64,000 bases of DNA from Antedon mediterranea (lineage: Eukaryota; Animalia; Echinodermata), in the NCBI RefSeq assembly GCF_964355755.1, contig NC_092674.1, forward strand, positions 7,626,001 through 7,690,000. Direction: 5' to 3'. Each line of letters starts with the position of its first letter. Position 1 is the first letter of the stretch. The position numbers and the translations under genes are program-made. Shown here piece after piece: positions 1-13,486 of this stretch. The notes beneath the pieces are model-generated. The model did not search any database and was not told where the DNA came from. It saw only the letters and a list, made by a program, of their open reading frames with translations.

Positions 1-172
1 ACCTTCCCAGTACTTTTTACATACCGGTACCCATTTCTATCACCTGGGTGGGGAGGAACAATGTGGATAAATAATCTTGCTCAAGGACTCAACACTGCAG
101 TGACCGAGCCGGGGCTTGAACCAACAACCTCTTGATTGCAAGTCCAATGCTCTAATCACTGCGCAACAGCGC
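1..172 (-). mobile_element. tRNA-derived SINE (CORE/V-SINE-like), runs off the window start
   Basis: The reverse complement reads gcgctgttgcgcagtgattagagc (A-box-like), ggttcaagccc (B-box), then gtccttgagcaag...cacccaggtg...aaatgggtacc, a typical SINE body. It lies in an intron of the LRP-like gene. Confidence 0.7.
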
Positions 173-187
173 TCCAATTCTACTTAC

Positions 188-3100
188 CGTCAAACTTGAT
201 AACTAGTCCAGAGGGCTTACTAATTAATTCTGACACTGGTAATTTACGTTCACTTCCACCGTCCATGTACGCCGTACCAATAGCCGGGTTATTTCCTTGT
301 ACCGACCAAAATAATCTTCTGTAAAGTCAAAACATGTATTGGTATACTGTACTAAAACTCTTTTCTCATTTATCTCAGCCTCCATGTTAGTTGGAGATTA
401 TTACGTTTGATAAGCAATATTTAACTTGTCGATATCTTCTTGAATTTATAAAAAAAGGGGGAAAATGTGATACCTCCCGATAGGATCCACTACTATATCA
501 CGTAATTCTTTGTCCAATTCGTCGATCAGAGTATACCTGACTGAGCCATCTAGATAGGACACTTCGATCTTCCTTAATACCGAATCGGTCCAAAACACCA
601 GACGTGTAATATAATCTACAGCAATGCCCTTTGGTGCTAGAAAAAAAAGACACGCTTGTATTACGAAAAGCTAAAATTGTCTCACAGTAGGATCCACTAC
701 TATATTTTGTAGTTTGTCGCCCGAAGTAAATATCATGGTATACCGAATCTATCTAACAACATCAGAAGTGTAATAGTCTACAGCAATGCATTTTACACAT
801 TTGTACTATGGAACGCCGAATTGTATGCCAATAAAGTATACTGTATCACGTGTTCTTCGTCATCGGCGTGTTCGATGCTATCTTGATTGGATACAGTAGT
901 TCAATCGTTATCAATACCGAATCAACAACAATGCATTTTGGTGCTGAATAACTAGAAACAAATTGTAATATACAACGTCAAATACGTGGTAGACTAAACT
1001 TACCGATGATGTTTTCGTCTTTGATGATACTTTCGACGTTACTACCATCTAGAGACGACCTTTGAACTATGCTTCCATCTATCCAGTATACTCGTCGTTC
1101 AAGAGGGTCATACGCAATTGCCTCCGGAGTGACAATTTCCCCTAGATTTAACCCAGTATATTCAAACGGTTCATTTCCTCTCATTTGAAATATGGCGTGC
1201 TTTTCCTGGTCTGCTATCAAGTAGAAGTTATCTGCCATTATCGGTAGTGCTAAAATTGAAAAGTAGTAAAATACATGTTAGACTTAAAAAACATTAAACT
1301 ATCATACTATTTGAGCAAGACTCTTCCGTGGTTTGAGTTTGCCGTATATATATTTCAAAAAGACGAAGCCGTCGTAAGTTTACGTTATGTTTATATCGTC
1401 GAGTTGCGAGCGGTCAAGGCAGGAGCGCCGCAAAGCATAGCCCCAATATCGGCACAGCGTCAACTTCGATCACAAGTCTTTCTGGATAAGGACATATCTG
1501 ATATATGCAAATTGTCAGCACTCGACGCGAAGTACCCGTATGGAAGGTGAAAGTTGCTGTGTTAATCTAGTTCATTGCGATTTGTGACAATTACCGTATA
1601 AACGCAATATAAATATGCATAAATTATCCATGTTTTGATGAACTTTTACCAATTATTTTCAAAAGAAATGTATATTTATTGTACAAATTAAGTAGCATTG
1701 ACTTTTTAATCATACCAGAAACACATTGTCTGTAATCGTTGCTATCGAGTTTAAATCCATCTGAGCATGCGCACGACGTATCATTGAAGGATGAGGTCAG
1801 ACAAATGTGTGGACATCCGCCATTGTTGCTCAGATCACATATATCTGCAACGGATCAAACAAACATATAATAATGCTTTTTATACATTTAGTATTAAAAA
1901 TGGATTTGTCAGTAGGACTATTGGTATTGATCTATAGTTTCTTGCTTTTCTATAAACCTATATTTATTAATATACAATCCTTGTTGTGTATAATGTATAT
2001 TATGTTGAAAACAATACAATAAGTACGAGAATACCAAAGTGCTTTTAGGCTTTTGGCGTTCAATAGCTTACTTGAGCCTTGAGGTTGCACTGATTGGTCA
2101 TATGTTTCAATGGCATAAATGATCGTGTCATCTAATAAACTTCCATCAATTCCAATTTCATTTTCATTGTAAATTACATAGACTCCGTTGCGGTCCCCAG
2201 TTGACTCTGTCCAGAATATAAAATCCTATACAACAGAAATAAACATCTTTTACATTTTTCAATTAATTTATTATCCCTTATTTACGGATTTTCATTTAAA
2301 TCCGCCTTTTTGCCTCTTGTACGCATGGTAAGAGACTGTAACCATGTTTATAAAGAGTTTCAATAGCGCCCTCTATGGTTCATTTGCCAACATATTATAG
2401 CGCCCTCTATAGTTTCATACGCCTTAAAATGGTTCGTTCGTCTTACCTGGTATATTGAAAGATCAAAAAAGTTTAAATATCCATCAGGATGAACGTATAA
2501 TGTGTTTAGATTTGTTCCATCATATTTCATGTAGTTTATGCTACCATCTTGTCTATTGGCGTAGTATAGTCTGGAAAATGTTACTTAGAGAGTTCAATGC
2601 ATTTTGAATTTTGTTGTTGAGAAAATTTCAAATCGGCGTTATTGATTATAATTTATGGAATACATTTATAGATAAAAACATAGTGAAACGTACCTTTGTT
2701 GGCTTAGGTCTAGTGTTATACCACTAGGTTGGTCCATGTCAATTAATACATTTAAAACACGTCGATTACTACCGTCGAGGTTGGATGATTCTATTTGTCC
2801 AGGCGGGCCAAACTCGCTCCAAAAGAGTAATCTATGAAACGTGGGGTAACATATGCTTATTACACAGCTAACTCTCATAAAGGGGGGCCGTGGATATTTG
2901 GGGTTGTTCAATTCAATTTAGGCTTTTTAAATCAAGATTGGATATACATTAAAAAAAAGAAAGAAAAGAAATAAATATGGCCAACTTGACCCCAAGTCAA
3001 CTCGGTCCCATGTCAACTAGGCTTCATGTCAACTCAGTCTCAAGTCAACACGATCCCGTGTCCACTCGGCCCTAAGTCAATTGACCCCGAGTCAACTCGT

Positions 3101-6100
3101 CCCTAAGTCACCTTGTCTCCAAGTCAATTTGGAAGCACACTAGGCCTACACAACAGTTCTATCCATTAAAACTTACTTTTCAAAAGGATCTATCGCAATA
3201 CCTCTTGGTTTGATTACGTCATTTGTAAACAATTCTCTAACAAAACGCGAGTCATATGAACAAACAACAATGTGATTGAATGCATAGTCTGTCCAGTAAA
3301 TGTTCTTCGCAAACCAGTCAACGGCAATACCTATAATAAGAAAAGATATTCTTTGTAAAAACGTGCATCAATTCGGTAATTCAGACCAAATATTTGTATA
3401 TAGAGATAACACCGTTAATTTCAACCACCTTCCTCATTCGATTAGTTAGCTAGCTCAGGCAGTAATGTGTTTATGGGACTGTGGGGGTTTTCATTACCTG
3501 AGGATATGGGGATAAGAGTTATTTCCATTCTCAATTGTACGAGTCGACTTGCAGAAGTTAAACTCTGTTTAAATTGTTCTGATATCAATGTGTTTTTAAT
3601 ATATAATTTACATATGGCAATTTTTACAGTAATAATGTTATATACAGTGATAATGTTACAGTGATAATGGTTACTTAAATAAACTAACCTTCGACTCGTC
3701 CGATTCTCTGAAATAACACTTCTGGTAGTTCACCGTCTGCTATCCGCACCATCTTTATGGACTTATCAACTTTATCCGAATAAAACATTAGTTGATCGTA
3801 GAAATCTATTGTGAGCGCCAACGGAGATTCAGAGTCACGAATCAAAGTGTGAATAGTGTCGATGCCGTCACTAACCGCCTGGCCCTGGTGTACAAGCGTC
3901 ACTGGCATGAACGAAATCTCGTTTTCCCGCGTGAACATCAAATAAGGCGGTAAAATAACACTCTGGTCTGACGAAGATGTAATATAATGATAATGACGAT
4001 AGCAGTAATAATGACGAAGTTGTGGATGATTGTGATTTTAAGTGGTGTAGGCCTTGGCGATTGATTCAATACAAGTCACCCATACGTCGTGTTTTCCACA
4101 CGCTAAACATTTCTGAGTATCGTAAAATGTAGATATTTGTACGCATGCGCATAATTTACGTTTTTGATTCCCTATGTGGAAAACAAGCTTTACGATACGA
4201 GATCTGATTATGATAATAAAAATGAGGATATGTAATGAGCTATGATAATAATACAGTAATGTTTACCAAAAGTGCAGTTTTCTCCATCGGTGTTGAGAAT
4301 GTACTTTTCTGAACAAAGACACTCATAATCTGTCTTAGGATTATAAACGCAAACATCGTCACATGAGCTTTCCAAGATACAAACTAAAGTAGAAAAATGT
4401 AACGTAAACCCCAGAGATAATAAACATACTATATACAATCAGTATTAGTTATGGTAGGCCTACATACGATACAGAATAAAGTCCTAATAAATATATCGTG
4501 AACATCATAATATCATCATCATCATCGTCATCATTATCATCGTGGTTATAATATTATAATTATTATCGTCATCACTGTTGTCGTCATTGTTTGTCAAATT
4601 TGGATCATGGTTAATTATTATTATAATTATTAATGTCATCGCCACCATTTTATCCCAATTAAATGTTTTCATTTTTCATCTTTGTATGTATTGTATTTTA
4701 CATTTTGGTGTTTTTTTAAAATATATTTTTAAGAGCCTGCATTAAAAGGTTACACTAATATTATTAATTATTATATAAAAACCGTGTCGTCATCACCTCC
4801 AATATTACTATAACGTCACCATTAGCTAAAAGGTTATCCTACTGTAGTCACTTACCACTGCCTGTATATGGTTGTATTTCGTTACCCGACACACATATAT
4901 CTAAAACTTCTTCTTGTAATGATAAGTCATAGAATACTGTGTTGTCGCCTTTGTTTAAATATCTTATGAAACTCCCCTGTAGAGATTGAATTGCAACAAA
5001 TATGAAATTCTGAAACAAAAAATTAAATAGGTGAAATACGATTATAATCTAGGTACGTCATCAAACGTCATTTCATTTAGAGACTGTTTTTCTAATTACA
5101 CGGTAAAATTAGGTAGGAGGAGCTTAAATAAACCATATCAATATTAACCAATGTAATTGAAATATAGTACGCATGTATTTTAATTGAGATTATAGAGCCA
5201 CATTCAGAGAACATTTTAAGTTTATATTTTCAAATCAAAAAGTTATTTCACATGTATAGATATAATATGTTAATTTTATATGCTAGATGTATATTTTATG
5301 CTAATTTTATAACATTCACATTTTAGAATATGCACATTTTATTATGCTATTTTTTTAATATTCTAATTTTTATTATGCTAATTTTAGAATATGCTTATTT
5401 TAGAATATCCTAATTTTAGAATATGCTAATTTTTTATGTACTAATTTTCTAATATGCTAATTTTAGAATATGCTATTTTTTTAATATATTAATGTTTTAA
5501 TATGCTAATGTTTTAATATGCTAATTTTTTACTATGCTATTTTTTTAACGTGCTTATTTTATAATATGCTTATTGTATTATGCTAATTTTGGTTTGTAAG
5601 ATGCATTAGTTTACTGAACCTCATCAACAGCAATATCCAACAATGTTCCTTCTTGATAAAGCAGATTGTACTCTATTCTTCTTCCCTGTCCGTTACAATC
5701 GGAGGATTCAAGGGTGTGGTTCTCACCATATATGGTGGTCCTATCTATCCAATATAGTCTATCGAAAACAGAATAAAAAGATTAAGATTAATTTTATTAT
5801 GGCAGATAATACATAACTTTTCTATCAATGTAAATACATACAACAGTATTACATTTTAAAATGTTATTGCTAAAAAATAAACAATGTCCCAAATGGCGCC
5901 CCGTAGAACAAAATGTTGTTTTATTTAGTTGGTTTAAAGATTATTTTATTTAGTATGAAACATAAATTTGTGTGTCGTACCTTCCACCGTTAACGGTAGC
6001 GTCAACGATGATATCTGTTGGCTCTCGTAAGTTTTCAAACAATATGGTTCTGTTTTTACCACTAAGTGATGACCGTTCAATAGTTCTTCGACCCGAGTCT

Positions 6101-7087
6101 GTCCAAAAAATATATCCATTTACCGGGTAAACTGCAATGCCTTGCGGCTTGTCCAGTCCGGTTCCTATAATTAAAGTTGTTTTTACCGAATCGTAGGAAG
6201 ACATACGAATCCAATTGAAACCCTCGTCAATCCAGTATAAAGACCTTGAAAACCAATCTACAGCAATGGCATTCACCAGATAGCCCGACGTGCCAAACAC
6301 AGTCTGCACCGCATCTCCTTCACTTTGAAACCATTCTCGAGCGTTATAAATGGAGTTTGTAAGACTGTCGCTCATAATAGCGTTACGTTCGTAATAGTCC
6401 ACGCTAATCGCGTTCCACCTGTAGTCGCCAGCGTACCGCGCTGATGTGGTAATTGTGGTGTTATCCTTGTATGACTGAGCATTCGCCGGCAACCATCTAA
6501 TTTGTCCTTGTTTATTGTCGACAACAGACCAGAAAAGAAGATTCTCATTAGGTAGATTCATTAAGGAAACCGGCACAACTGAAAGAGTAAGACAGCTATG
6601 AAAAGATACCGATCAACGGCTTAAAACACCGATGCATTGGCACGTTACACAGGGCCGATTCAGGCTTGGCCCTAGCCCAATGGTTTCATGGGCAAGTTAA
6701 GCTAACTTCGGTGGGGTGGGACTCAAATTACCCGGGTAAATAACTAACTGACCGGGCTTTTTACACATAAAAGATACCGTATTAGGAGTTTCCCGTGCAC
6801 ATTCCCGAGGCAACATTATGGCATTATACTGTACGTGGAGATTTACTGTGTAGTACAGACAGGGAGTTGTCTATTAACTCACTGGTACAGAGAATTGAGT
6901 TCAATAGAGCCTCACAACTCTCACTTTTAGGTACGATATTTCTGACCCCTAAATAAATTCCTATGTATTAAAACGTAACGTAAAATAATACCAGTGACCT
7001 TTAATATCTTTAAAATATTAAACACGTACCTGGAAATATCAGCCACAATAGAATACAGATGCCATCACAGTGGATAACAGACAACAT
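188..7087 (-). CDS. LRP-family YWTD beta-propeller/EGF receptor, 5' part (signal peptide, propeller, EGF, propeller, EGF, propeller...); continues beyond position 1
   Basis: GT-AG exons at about 7030-7087 (MLSVIHCDGICILLWLIFP), 5981-6578, 5620-5758, 4856-5009, 4267-4385 (EGF), 3689-3967, 3176-3332, 2693-2832, 2447-2570, 2073-2226, 1716-1854 (EGF), 1004-1249, 474-636 and 188-318. Motifs include IAVDW..LYWID, IFWTD, IYWTD, LFWSE and SxLDGS. Confidence 0.92.
688..946 (-). pseudogene. Two decayed intronic copies of the 474-636 YWTD exon
   Basis: 688-795 (taggatccactactatat...taccgaatc...gtaatagtctacagcaatgc) and 836-946 (tatcacg...aataccgaatc...caatgcattttggtgct) match blocks of the exon but carry deletions. 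Confidence 0.6.
1398..1560 (+). mobile_element. Possible degenerate SINE
   Basis: GC-rich island with a tRNA-like start and acaagtctttctggataaggac, resembling the SINE domain at 62923-62945. Confidence 0.35.
2981..3130. repeat. Degenerate short-unit (~16 bp) minisatellite (gtcaactcggcccca-like)
   Basis: About nine imperfect units in tandem. Confidence 0.8.
5270..5590. repeat. Degenerate ~16-bp minisatellite (tatgctaattttagaa-like)
   Basis: Many tandem imperfect units in an LRP intron. Confidence 0.85.
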
Positions 7088-8979
7088 TTTGCAGTAATTC
7101 CTCAAAACATTTAATGATTGAACCGGAAGGTATTATGCACTGTTACTGTATTTTACCGAAATATCACCATGAAGGGTTATAATACTGTATGACTCCATTT
7201 TGTACAACTATAGAGTCAAGTATTATTTGATTAGATACTTCCTTTGGTAAATCATAAAGGTACAGTAACTCTTACTTACAAATGGACAATAGATTTTGTT
7301 TTACCCATTGTGTTATTAAATTATTCACGCATGACACTAAACGTACGGAATATTGGTAAACCCATACTCATATTGTATTTTAAAATTTGTTTCATTACCA
7401 TTAGCCATAGTGTATGGATAAAAGTAAAGGGTACTACTGTGTTTACAATATAATTGGTTGACAATGATTCAATGATACAATTTATTTCTTTATCGACCCT
7501 TTTCAGGGTATGAAAGAACATTCTTTCAACCATAGGCCTATACAAAAAAAAAAATAACTAAAAACTTCCAGACATAAATATCTGGATGCATAATTTATAT
7601 ATCGAAAAGCAACATCTAACTAAAACAAATACAAAATGTCATGAATAAAGTTAAGTGTAAAATTAACCAGCAGTCAACAATACCGCGCACGCGTATTTAT
7701 TTTTGTGGATATGTTTCTGAACATGCTCAATTCTGCAGAATTAATGTCTGACTGTTTTGATTGCTTGTGCGCATCATGAGAGGGAACGAAAGACCACTAC
7801 TATACACACTGTGTTTGTTGAATTGTCTATAATTATTGAATTTTGCCGGGGATTCCCCATCATTTAAGTGTTTCCGTAGTACCCTATTTATCTTCATTTT
7901 ATGGACCGAATTTCCATAATAATTACGGACGTTCCGAACTTTGAAATAACAGTGTTTAATTGCTTCTTACTGCACATTTCAATCATATTTTTTTTCTTGA
8001 GTGAGGCTTAAGCAACACTGCTGTACAGTTTATAGTGCATAATAAATTGTGGTTTTACTTACTTAGCATTTATTTCAAAATAATACAACTCAACATTTTA
8101 CACAAAATATTTATAGTAGCGTCTTCAACTTTCTTTAATTATTAATTGATAATAATAATTAATTTGAATTGATTGATTATAATTGCACAAATATGAACAC
8201 AAATAAGACAGTTTAACAAGACAATTTTAATCATGTATTTTACCACCAGTTTTAATTTTTACATTTTAATTAACATCGTATCTAAAATTTTAAATGAAAA
8301 CAAATATGGTTAATACTGAATTCAAGCGTCTTATTATGTAAATATACTTGTATTTTAACTACTTTAAACACTTACTTTTAATTGTCACAAATGTACTTTA
8401 TGTATATAATATATTCATTACAGAGAATTTAAATAAACATGAACACACAAGACAAAAAAAAAAAGATTATAATTGTCGGAATGTATTGGCTTACGAATAC
8501 CGTCATCAAGAACTTCCTTTGACGTTCACATTGAACGCAAAAATGTTATCTTATTTTAGTTTCCTGTGTTATACGATATATTTTGGTAGCGCAGCCCAAT
8601 AAAGAGTGTCGACATTTCCGAACTAGTGGTGCCATTTATCGTAAATGTGAATTTAACAAAATTCGCTTCACCACAGGCCCACGTACCAGGAAGGGGGAAG
8701 GCTGTTGCCCATATACTCGGTATCTACGGCCCTGGACTCTTGAGCAACCCCTTAAAATAGTTTTGCGACCCCCTTCGCCGCCCCCCCCCCCTGATGAAAA
8801 CAATCTAATTACATAATTATTTGTACTCTTTGGACTCATAAACATGCATTATCTGTGTGTTATGCAACAAACAATATAATATTAACGCACTAGAGTTGTG
8901 TTCAGCTAAGATGTTGTAATTTATACGGTTTGAACAATGTAAACGGCAATGATAGTTTAACATACTGACAAACTGATAC

Positions 8980-9138
8980 ATTGTTTTTGGTCCATAGTCC
9001 AACGACAAACCACATGTGAGCGTGGTATGACGAGTCAGTTATCTGTTGTAGCTGCCCAATCAACAAGCGAGTTAACCAATGATAAACTGTCGGTCATCAT
9101 TGGTTAACTCATTGTTGGACCATGGACCTATAAACAAT
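8980..9138. repeat. Small foldback / nested inverted repeat
   Basis: Outer arms attgtttttggtccatagtccaac and gttggaccatggacctataaacaat; inner arms gagttaaccaatgat and atcattggttaactc. Confidence 0.65.
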
Positions 9139-9284
9139 TACAAACCAAGTTTGAATATAATAATCCATGGCTTGTAATTGGTCAAATTATTGATGCACGT
9201 AAGTGCCCTTGCGTTCTTGCATATCAAGTTTCAAGTTTATTGTTTCACACAATACAAAATAATACAGAACATAAATAATAAATA

Positions 9285-10234
9285 CTAGATGGTGCCCACT
9301 CGAATACATAGTAATTTCAGCGTTAAAAAACTGGCGATTTCAAATGTACATAGGCATACCGCAGGATAATACATTTCGTTTACAGGAACGAATAAATAGA
9401 CACGGTGATTTATGTACTCAACTAAAATTAGCACCCTGGTAATTACTTCCGATGGAGAAACTTGTCACAAAATGAGACCAATTGTGTGAGATTGTTTCAA
9501 ATTTAAATTTAAACAAACTTAATTTGTGTTTTGTATGTAAGATTAGGATTGAGGGATGTGGAAGAGGATGGGTGCAAAGACGAACAATTTTTAAATATAT
9601 TCTTTATCCATTTAGTAACGAAATATTAATTGTTTTCATGTTTTACAAATAATATACCATATACCTGAAACTGAAATAGTACAGTACATGTAACGATATA
9701 TCACTAAAACGACGTTTATATATTTTTTTGTAACTACAGTATTATTAATACAAACGTTGAGAAGTAATTGTCAGTAATAAAGTTTATTTGTATAAAACAA
9801 TTTGTGAAAAACACCTCTATTCGGGGCAAATCGTAAATTCGCTTTAGGCCTAATCGTCAATAAATAACTCAACTTAATTAGTAGGCATGATGGTTTTCAA
9901 TTGTTTCTTAGAGCCAATTCATACTTAAGTTTGTTCCTACCCACCAAAGTTGTTAATAATAATAAGATTTATACAGCGCACATATCCACAAAAGTGCTCA
10001 AGGCGCTTGTGAAAACCATGAAACAAATTAACCTTAAACCTAAATACAATTGATAATTTTGCCTAAATTCGTTTTATTGTCAATAACTAATTATCTAATT
10101 CAATTTAATTAGTAAACAGGGTTACATCAGGTGGTTAAAATCAGTACGAACCAACTTGATGTACCATCGAGTCAAAATTCTAGAAATAAGGCACGATTTA
10201 CAGAATTTTTCCCTTACGTAAATTTATATATAGA
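9285..10234 (-). mobile_element. Non-autonomous Helitron, family A (diverged copy)
   Basis: On the minus strand it reads A|TCTATATATAAATTTACGTAAGGG...CTAG|T and is homologous to 40994-42750 and 55627-57240. An L2-type tail fragment is inserted at ~9955-10010. Confidence 0.85.
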
Positions 10235-10273
10235 TTGTTATTACTTATACTGGTATGTGTGTAGTTTTTTCTC

Positions 10274-11123
10274 TTTTTAGTCGCGTGGAAGCGACTCTAT
10301 AGTTCACTATGTCGGTCGGTCGGTCTGTCTGTCTGTCTGTCTGTCTGTCGGTCTGTCTGTCGGTCTGTCTGTCGGTGTGTCTGTCTGTCGGTGTGTCTGT
10401 CTGTCTGTCTGTCGGTCCGGTATCACTATGCGTTTTATCGCTTTATGACCTTATCTTGATATCAGTTTAATCTAGCTAAGTCAATTTTTCACAGAATATT
10501 CCTTATGGCCAGGAATCGATGTGGTTATGTTTTCACGGTGCGCAATAAAAAATTACGCGGTCTACGCACGATTTAACGAAATCACGTTTGTAATAATATC
10601 TTAACAACCATGAATAACAATTAAATAAAATTTGGTACTCATAAATTTCAGGGCATAAATCATCATATGGCAATACAATTACGTGCGTAGCGCATGTAAC
10701 GCATGCGTACGCGCGCTTAAAATTTTCAAAATTTATTTTCGATGAAATAAGAGTACGTTTCAGGCAATTTTAAGCGTTTACAAAATTGCCATGAGTGCGC
10801 AGATTTTTGCGCGCGCAGTGCGCGTTAAATGTTATTGCGCACTCTTTTTGCCCGATTTCTGTTTTCTTGACTTACTTTTCAACTCGAAATTACGTTATAC
10901 GAGCACGTCAAAAGTGACAGGCTACGCACGTGTAAATTAAAAAAATATAAATGTTTTTAAACATTTCAACATTTTTAAACATGTTCAGTAATTTCGGTCA
11001 GTATAGTTCACTATGTCGGTCGGTCCGTCTGTCTGTCGGTCTGTCTGTCTGTCGGTCTGTTTGTCTGTCGGTCCGGTATCACTATGCATTGTAGCACGTG
11101 ACTTAATGGCTGTTGGCCTTGTT
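10274..11123 (+). mobile_element. Helentron-associated element (HINE/DINE-1-like)
   Basis: Starts in a T-run with agtcgcgtg...gcgact, has (GTCT/GTCG)n microsatellite blocks and a distal subTIR cacgtgact (11095-11103), and ends ggccttgtt. Confidence 0.75.
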
Positions 11124-11285
11124 AATTAATAGAAGACTTTTTACAATTGTTTATTACGTGATTTGTTACAATTTGAAAATATTTATGTATTTATAACATA
11201 AATTTAAAAAAGGCTCTGAAGTGTCCGGAGAGAGAGAGATTAAGGGCCTCTTTACATAAATTTGTATTTAAATTTATATTGATCG

Positions 11286-11325
11286 ATTATAGCATGGAGG
11301 TATAACAATACCTCCATGATTATAG
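11286..11325. other. Micro-palindrome with 7-bp direct repeats (putative P-superfamily excision footprint)
   Basis: attatag|CATGGAGGTATAACAATACCTCCATG|attatag. Confidence 0.65.
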
Positions 11326-11654
11326 CAACAGTTACATTCTACATAAACATCAAATAAGCCGTTGAGCCAATATTTGTTATAAAGGTGAAGGTAGGCCAAT
11401 TGTCCGCTAGAGAGAATTTATGGGATTACGATATTCTGTCACTGAAAATAATATGATATACATTTAATTTTCAAAATGCGATACTGCCGGATTGCCAATA
11501 CCCCAGTTATACCAAACTATACCAAATTTGAATGCCCGTTTTAAAATAGAGGAATGTTTTTTACAATGAAGATAGGCCTAATATGCAGTTTGTCGGCGAG
11601 AGAGAGTTTTTGGGCTTACGTTCTTTTTGTTAACGATTTGTGAATGTTGGGGTG

Positions 11655-11820
11655 TATATGAGGTGGAATGGGGAGGGGAGGGAGTTCAGGTTGGGTTGAT
11701 GGGTTGAGGAGAGAGGGTATAGATGTTGATATACCCAGGGAAGATATATGAGGTGGGATGGGGAGGGGAGAGAGTTCAGGTTGGGTTGATGTGTTATGAG
11801 GGGAGAGGGTAGAGGTTGAA
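11655..11820. repeat. G-rich ~90-bp direct duplication
   Basis: tatatgaggtggRatggggaggggagRgagttcaggttgggttgatg occurs twice. Confidence 0.75.
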
Positions 11821-12362
11821 AACAAAGGATGGACACGAAAATCGTTGCCATAGCAACTGTTATGAGAACAGACCGAAAACGTGATTGTTTTAAATTCTAA
11901 ATTTAAAGGTAAATATTATTTTAACAATTCTGTATCTGAATACGAAATAAACTGTAATTACTTTTTTAAGTTTTGAAGCAAATCTATCCTTTAGATTTAG
12001 AATCTTTAGTTTATGCAAAGGTAGCTTTTTATTACCATGTGTTATAACGTATACAAGTAATTAATTATAACCACAGGCATATACGGCGTCGATTTCAATT
12101 ATAGATTCATGGAATACGTTTATAATTACATACAGTAGAGCATTTAATTAATTATGAAGTTATTTTTGAATTTTGAAATGAATTATGAAGTGTTATTGTG
12201 AGATGACAATTTTTATTTAACTACGGACAGATTTTTTGAACGTGTGTAATTATTATAGGCCTATGGTTTAAATTTAAATTTGAATTTAAAATATACCTAC
12301 AATACAGATAAAAATATTGATTTTGTATGGGAAATGAAATTAAGACTACAGTATTCAAAGAT

Positions 12363-12625
12363 ATCGATCGGACTAACTCATTTTAATAGATAATCTAAAT
12401 CAGCTTTTTGACTATCAATCGATCGGATAACTTGTTTTAATAGATAATCTAAATCAGCTTTTTGACTATCAATCGATCGATCGCATAACTTGTTTTAATA
12501 GATAATCTAAATCACTTTTTGACTATCAATCGATCGGATAACTTGTTTTAATAGATAATCTAAATCAGTTCTTGACTATCAGGTATCGATCGGGTAACTT
12601 ATTTTAATAGGTTCTTGACTATCAA
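12363..12625. repeat. Tandem repeat, ~55-bp unit, about 4.5 copies
   Basis: atcgatcggataacttgttttaatagataatctaaatcagctttttgactatca is repeated. Confidence 0.9.
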
Positions 12626-12938
12626 CTTATATTATTATGATAAATGTAAGTAACAATCATACCTGAACAGCTAGAAAGTGGGAAAACGGCAAATATCACA
12701 AGAATTTGAAAGATGAACATCTTTTTACACAATTCTGTATAAACGCTTAACTGTTCGACAGTTCGTACTGTGTCTGGTTAATGTTAAATAGCATGTTTTG
12801 TTGGCTTTATAACATACCTGATTGTATTCTTGCAGTGTGATTGGTCAATTACGCATCACGTGTCATTTGAATTCAGCCCAGTTTACTTAACCGGATTCGG
12901 ACAAATTCATTGCTCTAGGCCTAAATTTGTGTAGTAAC

Positions 12939-13073
12939 ATCGCATGTGCACGCACGTCGATTACGTGCTTTGCGTCCAACTGGAACTAGGAATATAGGGT
13001 TAGAGGTAGTGGTCATCTTAATATTATCGCATGTGCACGCACGTCGATTACGTGCTTTGCGTCCAACTGGAAC
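12939..13073. repeat. 48-bp exact direct repeat
   Basis: atcgcatgtgcacgcacgtcgattacgtgctttgcgtccaactggaac at ~12939 and ~13026. Confidence 0.85.
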
Positions 13074-13445
13074 CAAAAATTGAGAGGAAGAGGTAGTCTG
13101 GGCTCCAGACGGAGTTTTTTCTTAATATTAGTAAAAATATAAATATTTTTGCACATATGGCGTTTCATACGTGTATTACTTGAGTTTGGATACTCCGTCT
13201 GGGGAAACACGCAAAAGTCACGTGGTTTGACACCAAGAATTCTTGGTGCATAGATTATCCGGTTGACTAGTTTCAGCTGCATGCGATTGGCTACTCACTC
13301 GTACACTGTTTTAATATTCATATTTCAGAATTTCAAAGACTCAACAACTAAGATGGTACGCATGCGCTATGTTACGTTTAGACAATGTGTACTTTGGGTA
13401 CATTGATGAAAGTTTCTGAAGGCTAGAAAGGATTTTATATGGATC

Positions 13446-13486
13446 ATTTAATCAGGGAGATGTAATTTACATCTCCCTGATTTAAT
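13446..13486. other. Micro-palindrome with 7-bp direct repeats (putative P-superfamily excision footprint)
   Basis: atttaat|CAGGGAGATGTAATTTACATCTCCCTG|atttaat. Confidence 0.65.

Noticed and set aside
100-172. tRNA genes here and at ~28950-29012 and ~31185-31255
   Set aside because: They have A/B boxes but no clean cloverleaf; two of them run into SINE bodies, so they are treated as SINE heads.
2362-2412. Two tagcgccctcta CTCF-like motifs
   Set aside because: Only a partial match to the consensus, and they may be a short local duplication; cannot be supported without ChIP data.
12363-12625. CRISPR-like short array
   Set aside because: Plain head-to-tail tandem repeat with no spacers.
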